From the NCBI RefSeq assembly GCF_009914755.1, contig NC_060947.1: 64,000 nt of DNA, one strand, 5' to 3'. The DNA comes from the human T2T-CHM13v2.0 reference genome, Homo sapiens. Positions 15,246 through 30,739 of the stretch are shown piece after piece. The position numbers were made by a program, and so were the translations under genes. The number at the start of each line of letters is the position of its first letter. Position 1 is the first letter of the stretch. The notes beneath the pieces were generated by a model. That model saw only the letters and a list, made by a program, of their open reading frames with translations. It had not been told where the DNA came from and made no database searches.

Positions 15246-17099
15246 TATGAAATATTCTGTCTCCTTTGAAGCTCCGGGTATCAGGCTTTAAATAAAAAGA
15301 ATCTATTGCAAATGCTCTTTCCCACATGTCTTCTACTTACTTCCCAATGTCACCAATGAAACTCTCTTAATTCTGAATTTCCAGTACATATTAAGTCACC
15401 ATGTACATTGTCTGAGTATATCAGAGATATCAATGGGGCCATGCTGAAGTACAGAAAAATAGAAGACAAAATGAGTAGGCCACAGAAACTGTGGCCATTA
15501 TTAAACTGAGTCAACTATGAAGCTTTGCTTTCTTCCTCTGACTCCAACTTCAGATTCTGTGATGGCAAAATTGGCAAAATAGAAATTTAGGAAGTTAGCA
15601 CCTGTATGTGTGTTCATGGAGTGTAAGTTGCATGTGCGTTTGTGCATGTGCATATGTATATGACACGTGTGTTTTGCAGGCAGGGAATGTACTGGACCAC
15701 ACGGCTATATTTTTATTTGAGATTTTTCTTAATAATTACCAAGTAGGAGGTGATTTGATTAAATGGGCAATATCTGTGGTCAACTATATGCCACAGATAT
15801 TGTACTAAAACCCCAGATTTCTCAGGCTTACTGTTAATTTAGCCATGCAACTTACCATAAAGGAAGCAGTATCCACCTGTTTTTTCTCACTCTGAAAGTT
15901 CAGAAATGAGAAAAGGTGATTCCAAAAAGAGAAATGCAGACACACTTAAGCTGGAGCCAGGAAAAAGAAAAAGTCATTCTCCTCTGATTAACTCTTCCTC
16001 ACCCTATCAGGACAGAGAATAGTATTTTCTCATCCTTTATGTCTAGCTGAAGCGTGAGAAGGTGACACAAGACTATTCACCAGCTCTGGAGAAGAGAGAT
16101 ACAAGATTAGAAGATTACAGCACAATATTGTAACCCAGGAAACAGACCATAGCCTGCAGTTAAGAGCCTAGAGGAGACTGGTGTTTGAAATTCAACCTAT
16201 TGAGTCAGAAACACTTTCTGTCATATTGTCTCCATCCTCCAATTTGTTACAAGCATGGTATAAGTCTTTGGAAAATGCATCAACCTCACTGCTACCTAAA
16301 AAGTGTCATGGCAGAGCAGGTAAGTATCTATATACAGTGTTCCATTCCACTGGATTGTCACTGGAAAACCCATTTGTTCTAAATATCTTTGCTTCCCCTC
16401 TCCCAGTTCAGTCAGCCTTGATGCATGAATTTAACCACATCCAAACCAACATATTATACTTTTATTTTTCATGTCATGCACATTTCATCAGGGTTAAGGC
16501 ATTATGTTACCTGAGATTGGTAATATCCTAGCTGGCTAACTTAATTGTAGAAACTAATTTACCTTTCACATGGCAGAGAGCAGAACCTCAAGTTGCTATT
16601 TGTTGCCCTGAAAGAATTAGCCTAAGGGAATATACAAACTATGGAACCCTGCCTAGTCCAAGTGGGACAATACAAGGAGGTCCCTAGAGTTTCAAAATTG
16701 GTATGAGAGGTCTGGTCTACTTGTAGTATGAAGTGGGAGAAGGAAAAGCCCTGACAGCAACTAAGGGGGTACTGAAAAGTTTCTGTTGCCCCATCTATAA
16801 TGAGAGGTGTGGTATGAAGGGTACATAAGAATTAGGAAGATTTATAAATAATTAGTATATTGTAAGTGTGAGGAAGATGGAGAACAGTAAAGTTGCTGAG
16901 GCAATTTTAACACAGATTTAACCCACAGTGAGTATATTAAATAAACACATCCTCTAGGTGAACATGGAAGTGAATCCCACATGAATATCTCCCTATTGGA
17001 AAGGTTCAAGAAGTATTTCTGGGAGGGGATTAAACTCCAAGCAAGATGTGGAGACTTTAAGACAGCAGCACCAGGTTAATATAAATAAGATTCCACTGA

Positions 17100-18638
<1,539 letters not shown>

Positions 18639-19464
18639 ATCTAGACAATGTTTTACGATCAAATTTCTTTAAACAGTGGATTTTTTAAGGAATTGGGTAT
18701 TTGCTTACAGATTACTACATGTGAGAAAGCTAGTGTTCGTTGCAAAATGAAAATTTAGCAGGTATATAAATCAAGCACCTACAGAATAATGATGACAGCT
18801 GTTACTGGTAATCAAAATAGGGTTTGAGCTACAAATATCTGATGCAAAGATTTTAGAAAATCAGTAATTTTCTAAAATGAAAAGTAATCAGGTGAAACAT
18901 GCCTCACTTTGGGTTGTTACTGAGGAAATATAGGCAGGGATGGCCCTGCCTATGACAATTCCTCTTCATTATGAGAGTCAACAAGCATACACAGAAGACA
19001 TCCTACAAAACTTCCTTTGCTATGCACTGGGTATTATGCAGAGGGTCTCTATTTCCTCAAGGAGCTCAAAGTCCAATGGGAGTAGTAGACATAGGAATAA
19101 GGAGAGTGTTCTGCTTGAACTTAGCTTGCAGCTTCAAGCCTGAGCAGCGGCAGCACTTGAAACATACTGAGGAGCTCCAGAGAGAAGCACTACTGCCTCA
19201 GTACCTATCAGTACCATGACTAAAATTACCCCTTCGCACCTTAATACTTCAGCATAGATTGCATTAAATTTTTCTTTCTGTGACCTTGACCACTCATTAT
19301 CACCTACCTGACAATCCAGGCATGGAAGTGTGAGATATTAAATGGAAGAGTTGTTTTGATGAGTGTGGGGAATATGTATTACATACTGTGGAGAAAGGTC
19401 AAAGCACTGGGGGCCAAGAGCAAGACCACTCTCTGAAGAATAAGGACACAGACCGGTGTTGAAC

Positions 19465-19535
19465 TCGTGTCCAGGACACGGTTGGTACTCAATAAACATA
19501 TGTTAGCTAAATGATGGAGTGAGTGAATGAATGGG
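19465..19535 (+). mobile_element. L2 3' tail
   Basis: GGTACTCAATAAACATATGTT...GAGTGAGTGAATGAATG. Confidence 0.7.
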
Positions 19536-19567
19536 CAGAATAGATGGAGCAGTGTATGCCTCTATTT

Positions 19568-19654
19568 GCTACTAAAATGCTGTCCATGTGTGATGACATT
19601 ACCATTAGCTACTAAAATGCTGTCCATGTGTGATGACATTACCATTAGCTACTA
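19568..19654. repeat. Perfect 40-bp tandem duplication (2.2 copies)
   Basis: GCTACTAAAATGCTGTCCATGTGTGATGACATTACCATTA at 19568-19607 and 19608-19647, then GCTACTA. Confidence 0.98.
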
Positions 19655-22600
19655 CACCAACAAATATTTAAATAATCAATAAAGTTATATATTTTTTAAA
19701 AATTAATATCAATAATTCAATAGTGTAATCTTAGAAAATTTAATCAAGAAAGGTTTGTCTCACTTTTTTCCATTTCATTTTCTTAAATTACAATGTTTTT
19801 CCAAAGCTCTTTCTCCATTTTGATGCAAGCTGTTTTGCTAGTCCCACCTCATGAAAACTACCATAAGGAAAGGATCAAAATAGCATTTAATTCATTTCAC
19901 TTACTATGTTAGGTTCCTGGTCTCCATCAGGTAACTTTTTGTGCTAAAGGTGATTATATTTAATTGTCTACTGAATGTAAACACATGTAATTATATAATT
20001 ACAATCTGCAGTTATATAATTATGATGTATAATTAAGTAAATATTACCAGAATGATGTTATAAAGATCTTCAGAGAACTGTTAGAAGGAGGTATGATTTA
20101 GTCTCTGGCAGCCCACAATGCTCAATTTCAAGGTGTGCATATGCACACATATGGGTGTGCATGTACTTTTTTGGAGATGAGAGTTGCAGAGCATGGCAAA
20201 GTCCAATATTATTGGTCTTGACTGGAGAAGAGAATAAGGGCAAACACAAATAACTGTTTCTGAGGGGTTTTCCACTCTGGTTGCAAATCAACATTTTCAT
20301 TTTCTTGAAGTATTTTAAATATGCAAAGAGGTATCCCCAAGCTGAGCCTAATTACATGAAGGGTTATATACAAGGATAAATATGAATTAATTTTAAAAAG
20401 CACTTTCCAAAATTAATTATTAACTATATTACATATGATCATATAGCAAAACCAGTTCATAAAGGATTGAAAGCAATTATTTTCATAATTTTACATATGC
20501 TCAATATTCATTACTTATGCCACAGGGAAAATGCCAGTCCTATAGCAGTTTTTCTCAGTCTGTCAATGTAAGAATATCATCCAGGTTGTATTCCTTGATT
20601 TCCCTAAGCCTTCAAGAAAGTGGTGGTATAAAACATGAGATTTTGCAAATATTCTCACAGGAAGAATGATTTGCAAGATATGATAACTGGGGAACTGGGT
20701 GGCCATTGGTCTCTAGGTAGGTCAAATTTGAACACTATGTCCAGTCTACCACCATGTTAGCTGTTTATCAGGCGACCTCCAGAATTGTTATGGAAGTGAA
20801 ATAGAAATGTATCCTTTTGGAAAGTGAAGTGAAAGTAGGCAACCTGTAATTGTGGAGAAAAACCTCATTCCATCAACGTGTTTCATATGGGAATCCTGTC
20901 ATTGTAAAAAAAAAAAACAAAAACAAAAAACAGACCAAAGGCATATGTGCAAGAGATGGCACAAAAAACATTAATTTTCATAACTCTTTTGCAAGTGTCA
21001 TATTAATTTTCATTGTCTCTTAGTAAATTGTGGTGGCTCACTTTTTCATGTAAGTGAAATGCAGCCTCTTCAGTGAATATGAATATGCAAAATTGATTCA
21101 TCTCAATATGATTCTGAAAACTGAGCTACAGAAATTATATTATTTTGCCTCATCTGTCTCCATTGGAGCCTTCATCAGGTGTAAAGGGCCAGGTATCGTC
21201 TTTAGTAGCTTATGGAAAATGTGCCAGACCAATGGCTGAGGGATGCCTGGTTCACTGCTAGCTTTTCCTGAAACTTTGCTGAATGGTGACACCAATGTGA
21301 TTTGTGACTACCTCAGACATGCTTAGCCACCTTGTGCTTGTGCCTCGTACAGATGTACATTTTTCACCCTATCTGTTTAGAGCAGCAGTAAATATTGTTA
21401 GATATTGTTAGGATCTGGTCGTTTATTATATAGTACACAGAATGATCTTTGCACTACCGTCACAAAACCATCTTTAGCAAGCTCTAACCCACAAAACTGA
21501 CAAATATATCTGTATACATTGGTGCATACTACGTGTAAAATATATAATATAGTTACCAAGAAATGAATCTATAAAGTTTTCAGTTATTTATGCATCACTT
21601 GTATTTTTTTAAAGCTCCAGAGATTATTCTGGGTTGAGAGGCAGTCTATAAGTAGGACTGTTCATTCATCTAAAGTAGATGACTTATGTCTTCACAGAAA
21701 ACTCACATTATTTGCTCTCACATGCCAGCATATTTCTACAATTATATTCATTTAATAAGGGCCTTTCTAGAGATTAGTGTATTGTAAGCAGATAAAGTTG
21801 CCTTTTATTTAAGAGTGCTAGCACATAAACCAGTTTACATACTCTTTTACCTGATTATTCTATCAATAGTCATTTTGTGCTAAAGATCACAGATGCCTGA
21901 AAGGATAATATGAAGCTTAGATGGATTTGATTTTCCTTTCCTATTTATGGAGCAACAATTCTGAGTCAGATATTGTACAGGTCTTGTGGAGGGAAATACC
22001 TAAGAGTATTCAGGGAGGAGTTTACAATCTTGTAGGGGAGACCTATTTGCCTGAAAAACTATTACATGGGTAGAGAGAGAAAGGAGGGTTTCTGGAGCCA
22101 GATCACTGCTAGCAGGTCCACTGCCAATTTCCCTCAATTGACCATGGAAGGAGATCGTCCCCAAAATAGAGAGATCACTATCAGAGGCAACCAAAAGGAA
22201 GCATCTGTTTCTGAGTTGAAGGCACATAAAAAAAACTTCAGTATGCTTTTTTCCAGATTTGATTGTTGAACAAAAAGTATGTTTTTATTCCTTATTTCTT
22301 GCTTAATTTCCTTGGCAAATATCCAACTGAAGAAGAAAGAGACAACAACTTCATGACAGTAATAGGAATTGAAGATTCTCGACCTGGAAGAATACTCGAC
22401 ATAACCATCTGTAATGTTGTATTCATTTCTCTAATTACTCATGTCTCTCATATTATTAGATATACACCAATTTGTTAATTTTATAACTACACCAAACTCA
22501 ACTAAAGTTTCTTGTTACTGTTGCTCTGTTGATAAGATATTTTGCTGAGTACACAACAATGCACACCTTTTCCTGTACGGAGCCTTCTCTGACCACTTCA

Positions 22601-22752
22601 ACCTAAGGAACACAGTTTATATCTAAATTATTTATTAGATTCTGTAATACCTGGAGAGTTCTTTATTGCATACTATCTAGGATCATTTTATACTTTTTAT
22701 GAGTTAAATACAGCCAAGCCAAATAAAGCTCCTTGAAAACAATAAACTTGTG

Positions 22753-23352
22753 TGTGATTGTTAATATTAAGTATCAACTTGATTGGATTGAAGCATGCAA
22801 AGTATTGTTTCTGGGTATATCTAGGTGTCTGTGGGTGTATCTGGGTGTTTCTGGGTGTTGCCAGAAGAGTTTAACAAGTGAGTCAGTGGACTGCCAGAGA
22901 AAGACCCACCCTCAGGAAGATCCACCCACAATATGGGTGGGCACCATTCAACTGGCTGCCAGCGTGGCTAGAAAAAGCAGGCTGAAGGTGGAAGAAGCTG
23001 ACTTGCTGAGTCTTCCGGCCTTCATCTTTCTCCCATGCTGGATACTTCCTAACCCCAAACATCAGACTCCAGATTCTTCGGCTTTTGGACTCTTGGACTT
23101 ATACCAGTAGTTTGCAAGGGCTCTCAGGCCTTCGGCCACAGACTGAAGGCTGCACTGTCAGCTTCCCTACTTTTGAGGTTTTGGGACTCAGACTGAGTTG
23201 CTACTGGTTTCCTGGCCTCTCAACTTGCAGACAGATTATTGTGGGACTTCACCTTGCTTTGATCGTGTAAATCAATTCTCCTTAATAAATTCCTGTTCAT
23301 ATATACATGTATCTAATTAGTTCTGTTCCTCTAGAGAACACTGACTAATTCA
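22753..23352 (+). mobile_element. MLT2A2 solo LTR (HERV-L)
   Basis: TGTGATTGTTAATATT..TCAACTTGATTGGATTGAAG start; CCTCTAGAGAACACTGACTAATTCA end; AATAAA at 23284; 5-bp TSD TTGTG/CTGTG. Confidence 0.92.
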
Positions 23353-23954
23353 CTGTGTTATAGCTCTATGTAACCTACCTCCACTGTATTCCATCTTCAG
23401 TATAGAACAGATTTATAGCACAGTCTCTGTCCTCACATAATCTGGCTAATTACCTGATTATTTTATTTTCCTTAAAAAGGGAAGTCAGAATATACATGGT
23501 TAGTTGTTAATACGTAACCTTAATCAAACTTGAATCAACTAGTAGATTCCGTAAGAGGCCAGCCGAAGAGATGCAATTGCTAGAAGTTTAAGTCAAAGTG
23601 CTCCCTCCCTCTGTTCATAGACTACCCACAACACAGGACAGTTTTTATCCAACTCTCACCAAAACACTGAAAATAGGTGTTAGGGTAGTTTAATCTTGAC
23701 AAGGTAGTTCTCACCAGATTCTAAATAGCTTTGAAGTGTTATTAGGGCCTCATAAAGACACTTCTAAGAATAGATAAATCAGTCTGGGCTCCTTTAGTTC
23801 CCCAAAATCTCCTTTAGTGACTATACTGATATAAATCCTTTCTCAACAAGTCCACCACATCAACCCCAAATACTCCTTAGCCCCTTACTCTTGCATTTTA
23901 CCTTACTCTGTTGATGAAAGATTGTCCAAGGGGCAAAATACATTGGTTCTCAGT

Positions 23955-24107
23955 CAATGTTTCTCAAACATGACTATCCATTTGGATCACTTGGGGATCT
24001 TGCTAAATGCAAATTCTAATTCATTAGGTCTGGGAATGTGGCCCAAAGATTCTGCATTTCTAATGAGTCCCCAGGTAATACTAATGTTACTTCTCCACAC
24101 ACCACAT
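23955..24107. mobile_element. MER5A1 hAT MITE, left part
   Basis: CAATGTTTCTCAAAC...TCACTTGGGGATCTTGCTAAATGCAAATTCTAATTCATTAGGTCTGGG...GATTCTGCATTTCTAA..CCCCAGGT. Confidence 0.85.
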
Positions 24108-27100
24108 ATTTCTTTTACTAGGTTTATTTACAAACAGCAAAATTTATACTTTTTATTATACAGTTCTGTAAATCTTGACAAATGCATAAGGTCAAACATT
24201 ATCACAACAATCAAGCTAAAAAACACTTACTTCTATTATCCCCAAATTTTTCCCATGTCCCTTCCTAGTCAACCCTCTCCAGACCCCAGGCCCAGGCAAC
24301 CACTGATTTCTTTTTCATCTCAATATTTCTTACTTTTTCAGAATGCTTGTAAGTTGAGTCATAGATACAGTATGTAACTTTTGCATTTGGATGTTTTTAA
24401 TGCATCTGACATTCAATCATGTTGTTTCATGTATCAGAAGTTTTTTTATTCATGGTTGAGTAGTATTCCATTGTATGAATGGACTAATTTGTTAATCCTC
24501 TCACTGGTTGATGAAGATTTAAGTTGCTTCATAACTTTGACGGTTATGAATAAAGCCACTGTAAACATTCATATGTTTGTTTCATGTGAATTATCTTTTC
24601 ATAATGTAAGTGTATACTTAAATTTATAAGAAACAGCTTAACTATTGTCCAAAGTGATTTTACCATTTTACATCACCACCAGCAATGTATGAGCGTTCTA
24701 GTTGCTATGCATTCTCCCCAAAAGTTGCTGTGATGAGGGTTTGTTGGTTGGTTTGTTCATTTTGGCCATATTCTGTTAGTTTCATTGTAGTTTAATTTTA
24801 TATTTCCTTAAAGACTAATAATGTGGAGAAACTTTCAATGTGCTTATTATTATCCCTATATGTTCTTTAGTTAAGTGTCCGTTCTAATCCTTTGCCATTT
24901 TTTAAAATGAATTGTTTGATTAGCATTAAGTCTTAGAGTATTTTGTGGTTTATGGATACAACTCCTCCTCTATCAGACATGTGTTTTGCAAATATTTTGT
25001 CCTAGTCTATGGCATGTTTTTAATTTTTTAACAGTATATTCACAAAAAGCATGAGATTTTAATGTTGATGAAGTCTAATTTCTCAAAAAAAATTTAGGGA
25101 TCATAGTTCTATTCATTAAAGAAGTTGTCTTCTAAGCTGAAATTACAATTTCTTCTGTTTTCTTCTGTATATTTCATTGTTTTTGCTTTTAAGTCTATGA
25201 TTTATTTTAAACAGCTTTTTGTACGTGGTATGAGGTGCAGATGTGTTAATGTATCAGAACATTTTCTTCTACACTACAATACCTTGATTACTGTACATTT
25301 ATATTAAGTTTTGAAATCAAATAACATAAGTCTTCTGAATTCGTTCCTTTTTTTCAAAATTTTTTCGGCTAGTTTCTTTGTTTTTCCACATAAATTTTAG
25401 AATTTCCTTGTGATTATCTACAAAAAAACTATCTGGGAATTTAACTGGGATGACACTGCATCTATACATCAATTTGAGAAGAAATGACATATTTACAAAA
25501 TACAGTTTTCCAAATCAAGGAGACAGCATACAACTCAATTTATTTAAATATTATTTTTATTTCTTTTATTTAGTTTTTACCACAGAGGCTTTATTTTGTT
25601 AAATTTATTTATTTTATTATTTTGTTAAATTTATAACTATTACATGGGTTTTTGAGGAGGAGCAGGGTACTATTTTAAATTACACAGTTTTTTTATATTT
25701 CAATTTTTCAATATAAAATTGGATTATCAATAAACAATTGATATGATAGTTGAAACGATATGTTTCTGTATATTGGTCTTGTTAGATAAACTTACAAAAC
25801 TCATTTTCTAGGTAGAATATATTTTTGGTAAATTTAGAAGATTTTCTGTAGACACATATGTCATTTATGAATCAAAACAGTTTTATTTATTTATTTTTAA
25901 TCTGCATGATGTTATGGGGTATTTTCCTGTCTTTGTATGTCTACGACTTCCAGCATAATGTTGCATAGGAATAGTGACAGTAGATCTCATTGCCCCAGGT
26001 CTTACTTAAGGATAAAACACTCAGAATTTAATCACTAATGATAATATTAGGTGTAGGGTATTTTATTGATGGCTTTTATCATTTAGGGGATGTTCCCATC
26101 AATTGGCTGAGATTTTTATCATAAATAATGTCAAATTCTTCCAAATTTGTTTTTGCATTTGTTAAGAGGAAATTATACTTTGTTTTTCTTTTTATCTGTG
26201 AGTGTTGATAAATTTTAAGAGGTTGAACAAACTATTCTCAAGATAATCTCCACTGCACTTGGTCATAATGTATTACTCTATAGTGCTGAATTAGATTTGA
26301 TGTTTTTGAGAATTTTTATATCTATGCTTGTGAAGGCTGTTGTTCTCTACTTTTATCATAATACTGTTCCTTTGTTTTGGTGTCAACATAATGCTGACTG
26401 CATAAAATAAGTTGGATAGTGTTTCATATTAATTTCTGAAATATTTTGTAAATAATTGACATTATATCTCAATTTAACGTTTGGTAGAAATCACCAGTGA
26501 AGCTATCTGGGCTGGAGTTTTCTTTGCTGGAAGGTTTCTAATTTAGAATCTTATCTTTAGATAGGTATAGAATTATCCTGATTATCTATTTCTTCATAAG
26601 AGAGAATTATTAGTTTCTTTCAAAAGATTTGTTCATCTAAGTTGATATTTTTATGTATGCAAAATTAATCATAATACCCCTTTAATATCTTACAATGTCC
26701 ATAGAATCTGAAGTTACTTCACTTTCATTCTTGATACCATTTTTGCATTCTCTCCTTCTGCCTGGATTAGTCTGACTAAAAGTTTAGTAAACTGATGTAT
26801 GAAAAGAACGAGCTTTTAGTTTCACTGATTTTTTTCTACCGTTTTCCTGTTTTAAACTTAGTTGATTTCTGCACTTTGTTGTATTACTTCACTTGTTTTA
26901 TTTATGTATTTTTTGACCTGGGCATTTTTCTCTTATTTTACTTTTTTGACTTTTATTTTAGGTTCAGAGGTACATGTGCAGGTTTGTTACATAGGTAAAC
27001 CGGTGTTATGAGGGTTTGGTGTTCAGATTATTTCATCACCCAGGTAATAAGCATAGTACCTAATAGATATTTTTTTCTGCTCTTTTTCCTCCTTCCCCCT

Positions 27101-29195
27101 CCTCCCTCAAGTAGGCTCCAGTGTCTGTTGTTCTGCTCTGTTTCCATTTGTTCTCATTAATTAGCTCCCACTTATGAGCGAGAACATGCAGAATTTGGTT
27201 TTCTGTTTCTGCATTAGTTTGCTAGGGATAATGGCCTCCAGCTCCATCCATGTTCCTGCAAAGGACAGGATCTTGTTCTTTTTTATGGCTGCATAGTATT
27301 TTATGGTGTATATATACCACATTTTCTTTATACAGTCTACCATTGATGAGCATTTAGGTTGATCCCATGACTTTGCTATTGTGAAAAATGCTGCACTGAA
27401 CATACATGTGCATGTGCCTTTATGGTAGAACAATTTATATTCCTTTGATTATATACCCACTAATGGGATTGCTAGGTCAAATGGTAGTTTCCCGTTCTTT
27501 GAGAAATTGCCGAATGCTTTCCACAAACGTTGAACTAATTTACACTCTCACCAGCAGTGTATAAGCCTTCCCTTTTCTTCACAACCTCACCAGCATGTTA
27601 TTTTTTGACTTTTTAAATAGTAGCCATTCTGCCTGATGTGAGATGGTATCTAATTGTGGTTTTGAATATGCATTTCTCTAATAATTGGTAATATTGAGCA
27701 TTTTTTTCATGTTTGTTGGCTGCATGTATGTCTTCTTTTGAAAAATGTTTTCATGTCCTTTGCCCACTTTTTAATGGGGTTGTTTTTGTTTGTAAATTTA
27801 AGTTCCTTATAGATTCTGGATATTAGACGTTTGCACAGTTCGCACACATTTTTCTCCATTCTGCAGGTTGTCTGTTGGCTCTGTTGATGGTTTCTTTTGC
27901 TATGCAAAACCTCTTCAGTTTACTTAGATCCCATTTGTCAATTTTTGCTTTTGTTGCAATTGCTTTTGGCATCTTTTTCACGAAATGTTTGCTACTTTTC
28001 TTCTTGTTCGGGGTTTAATTTGTTCTTTTAATAATTTTCTAAGGTACAAGCTTAGCTCATTGATTTGAAAATTTTCTTTTCTTATGTAATCAGTTAATGC
28101 TATATTTTTCCTCTAAGAAGTGATTTAGCAGCATCCCACACATTTGGATATATTAATATTTCGTTTTCATTGCATTAAAAATTTATAATTTCTCTTATGA
28201 GTTATTAAATCTATTTTTTATGTTTTGTTGGATTTGTACATAATTTGGAATTTTCAAAATATCCAGCTATTATTTATTTCTACTTTAATCTCTTTGTGTC
28301 CAAATCATATATTTTCTGTGATTCCAGTTATCTTACATTTGTTTAAGTGTGTTTTATAGCCCAGAATATTATCTATCTTGGTGAATGATTCATGTGCAGT
28401 TGAAAGGTATATATTAAACTCTTGTTTTGTCTATTTGTCTAAATGTTAATTAGTACATGTTAGTTGTTAATGTTGCTCAAGTTCTCTATATTTTTGTGGG
28501 TTTTCTGCCTAAAATCCCTATGAAATATGAATGTGTCCATGTACATATTAGTTTCCATTCTTTTACTTTTAACCTCTGTCTTTATATCTATAATTGATTT
28601 CTTGTACACAATCTAATCTGACCATCTCTGCCATTTAATTTGTGTGTTTAGACCATTTCTATTTACTATAATTATTTACATAATCACGTTATGACATATT
28701 CTGTTCTGTTTTCTTTTTAAAATTTTTCTGTCTTCTTTTAGATGTGTTGAGTATTTTATATAAGCATTTTTTTCTCCCACAAAAAGAAGTGTTTTTCAGC
28801 CACCTACTCTACTCCATTTCTCATGAATACCCATTACTCACTCATGGAAAGAGCTTACAAGTTTATAACAATTTCTCTTGTATTTAGTAATCCCAAAGGT
28901 TCTATACTTTCACATTAGCCATTATCAAGCCCTTAAACATTTTACTTGCATTTTTTACTTACATGTATAGCTTTTCACTTCTTGTTCTAGTGTTCTGTCA
29001 CAGGTGAGTCAGTACTTACATCTCACTTCTCCTTGGAGAATCCTGTATTTCCTTAGATTTCAGGCTATTTGGTTGTTCTTCAACTTCCATTATCTGATAT
29101 ATTCTAATAAAGTTATCAGTAACTTATCTATCTTTATTTTTTTAATTGAGGGAAAATCCCTCTCTAGTTTTCTACATCCTGAGTATAAAAAGAAC
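24108..29195 (-). mobile_element. Old L1ME/MD-type element (3' UTR through decayed ORF2; far end uncertain)
   Basis: The L1ME-like 3' end TACAGTTCTGTAAATCTTGACAAATGCATA..CCAGGCAACCACTGAT is followed by T-rich antisense ORF2 sequence (e.g. TTGGTAGAAATCACCAGTGAAGCTATCTGGG). Confidence 0.75.
26925..27992 (-). mobile_element. L1PA15/16-like 3' fragment nested in the older L1
   Basis: TTTTATTTTAGGTTCAGAGGTACATGTGCAGG..CCCAGGTAATAAGCATAGTACC; ORF 27161-27433 is the ORF2p C-terminus. Confidence 0.88.
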
Positions 29196-29224
29196 TCTTC
29201 ATGGGCCATACTTTGAGTAGAAAA
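29196..29224. mobile_element. MER5A1 right terminus
   Basis: CATGGGCCATACTTTGAGTAG matches the MER5A1 end (GGACCACACTTTGAGTAGCAAGG) that is missing from 23955-24107. Confidence 0.6.
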
Positions 29225-29259
29225 ATTCTAGATAAATTAATGCAAAAGAAGAAGAAAAA

Positions 29260-29362
29260 AAGTAAAATATCTCACCAAGATTTTTAATAATTATTGCATA
29301 TGTTGGAATGATGATATTTTGGGTATATTGAGTTAAATAAAATATATTACTAAATTTTAAAA
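29260..29362. mobile_element. MER33/MER3 hAT fragment
   Basis: ATGTTGGAATGATGATATTTTGGGTATATTGAGTTAAATAAAATATATTA. Confidence 0.75.
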
Positions 29363-30739
29363 AATGAAAAGAAACATTCTTAAAGCAGCCAAATATCATA
29401 ATATCCTAATTTCTAGTTAGAGCTCTTAACTTCCTTTTGTTGAGTTCTATATTCATTAAGAAATACAGTTTATCTTAAGAAGATACTACACAGACACCTG
29501 ACTCTTAGGCTATATAGGTATCTATATTATTTTCTTACTACAAATCAATTTAAGATAAATTTTGAGGAAATGACTGACTATTCTTTGATAAGGCAATTGT
29601 TCATCTTTGTACAAAAAGCAGCTAGCAGAGCTAGCTACTCACCACGGGAAGTTGTGACTTTTGGTTGAATGAATAAATACAAAATTTGGTTCTAGACCTA
29701 TCTAGATCTAATCAACTAAATCTAATCAAACTAAAGTCACAAACTTGTTTCAGGCTAACTTTTTTCATTAGTACAGGACATGTTAACACTGCACTTGACT
29801 GAGTTTCCTGCACAGTGGCTTTGATGTTGAAATAGATGTAACCTACTGGTGACTGATCAGTGGAGCTCAGATGTGGCTACTCTGATTTATTAAGATTGAT
29901 TATTGTCTCTGAACTGGTCTAATACAAGGAAATTCTTCTGAGTACCCCTCCATCTAATATCTCAATAGATATTCCATAGAAACAAAGTACTAGTTAAATG
30001 TTACTTAGGTCTTTGAAGGTTAAAAAAGTGTTCTATTCAAACCTTTTTTAAGCTTCACTAACATGTCAGTGCTTTGTTCAGGTTCTTTCAGTTAGAGTAG
30101 CTCAGTAAGACTCCACTTTTGAATTTCTAACTGGGTCTTGGAATTAAAGTACAGACATAATGACCTACTTTGTATATCAAAAAATAATAGTGACCTTTTT
30201 ATATGCTCTGGAATTCTTTATTTCATCCTTTTGACCAAACTCCCATTCTTAAAATCTCAGAATTATTTAAAAAAGGAAAAAAAAATGACTGTCTTGGTTG
30301 CTTAAGTACTAAAATTTGAGTAAAAATGTTAGGAATTCTAGTCCACAATGGAAGAGATTCTCCTTTGGTCAACCCCGCCAAATTCATGTAACCTTACCAA
30401 ATTCAAGAATTATTCACTAAACATCTGTGCTCAAAAATTTCCTAACTGCTAACAGAATATATAAAGAAGAAAGACACTAGTATCTGTCCTGAAGTATTGT
30501 ATCAAACTTGAACAAAACAAGACAGGCACACAGAAAACAAGAGAAGGTTAAATGTAATCAGTATTGTGTAGTAGAGATATTAGATGCCATGAAACTTCAA
30601 AAATATAAAGAATGCTCAAATAATTAATCAGATTTCCTGGTGGTTAATGGGCAAATCTGGCCTAAGGATCTGTTTTGTTTAGTAAGAAGAGTGTTGTCTA
30701 TTTGTTTAGTTTTATTGATCTCATTGCTTTTTATCTTTT

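Noticed and set aside
19568-19654. CRISPR-like repeat or C/D snoRNA (contains GTGATGA)
   Set aside because: The units abut with no spacers, the context is eukaryotic, and there is no matching D box or terminal stem.
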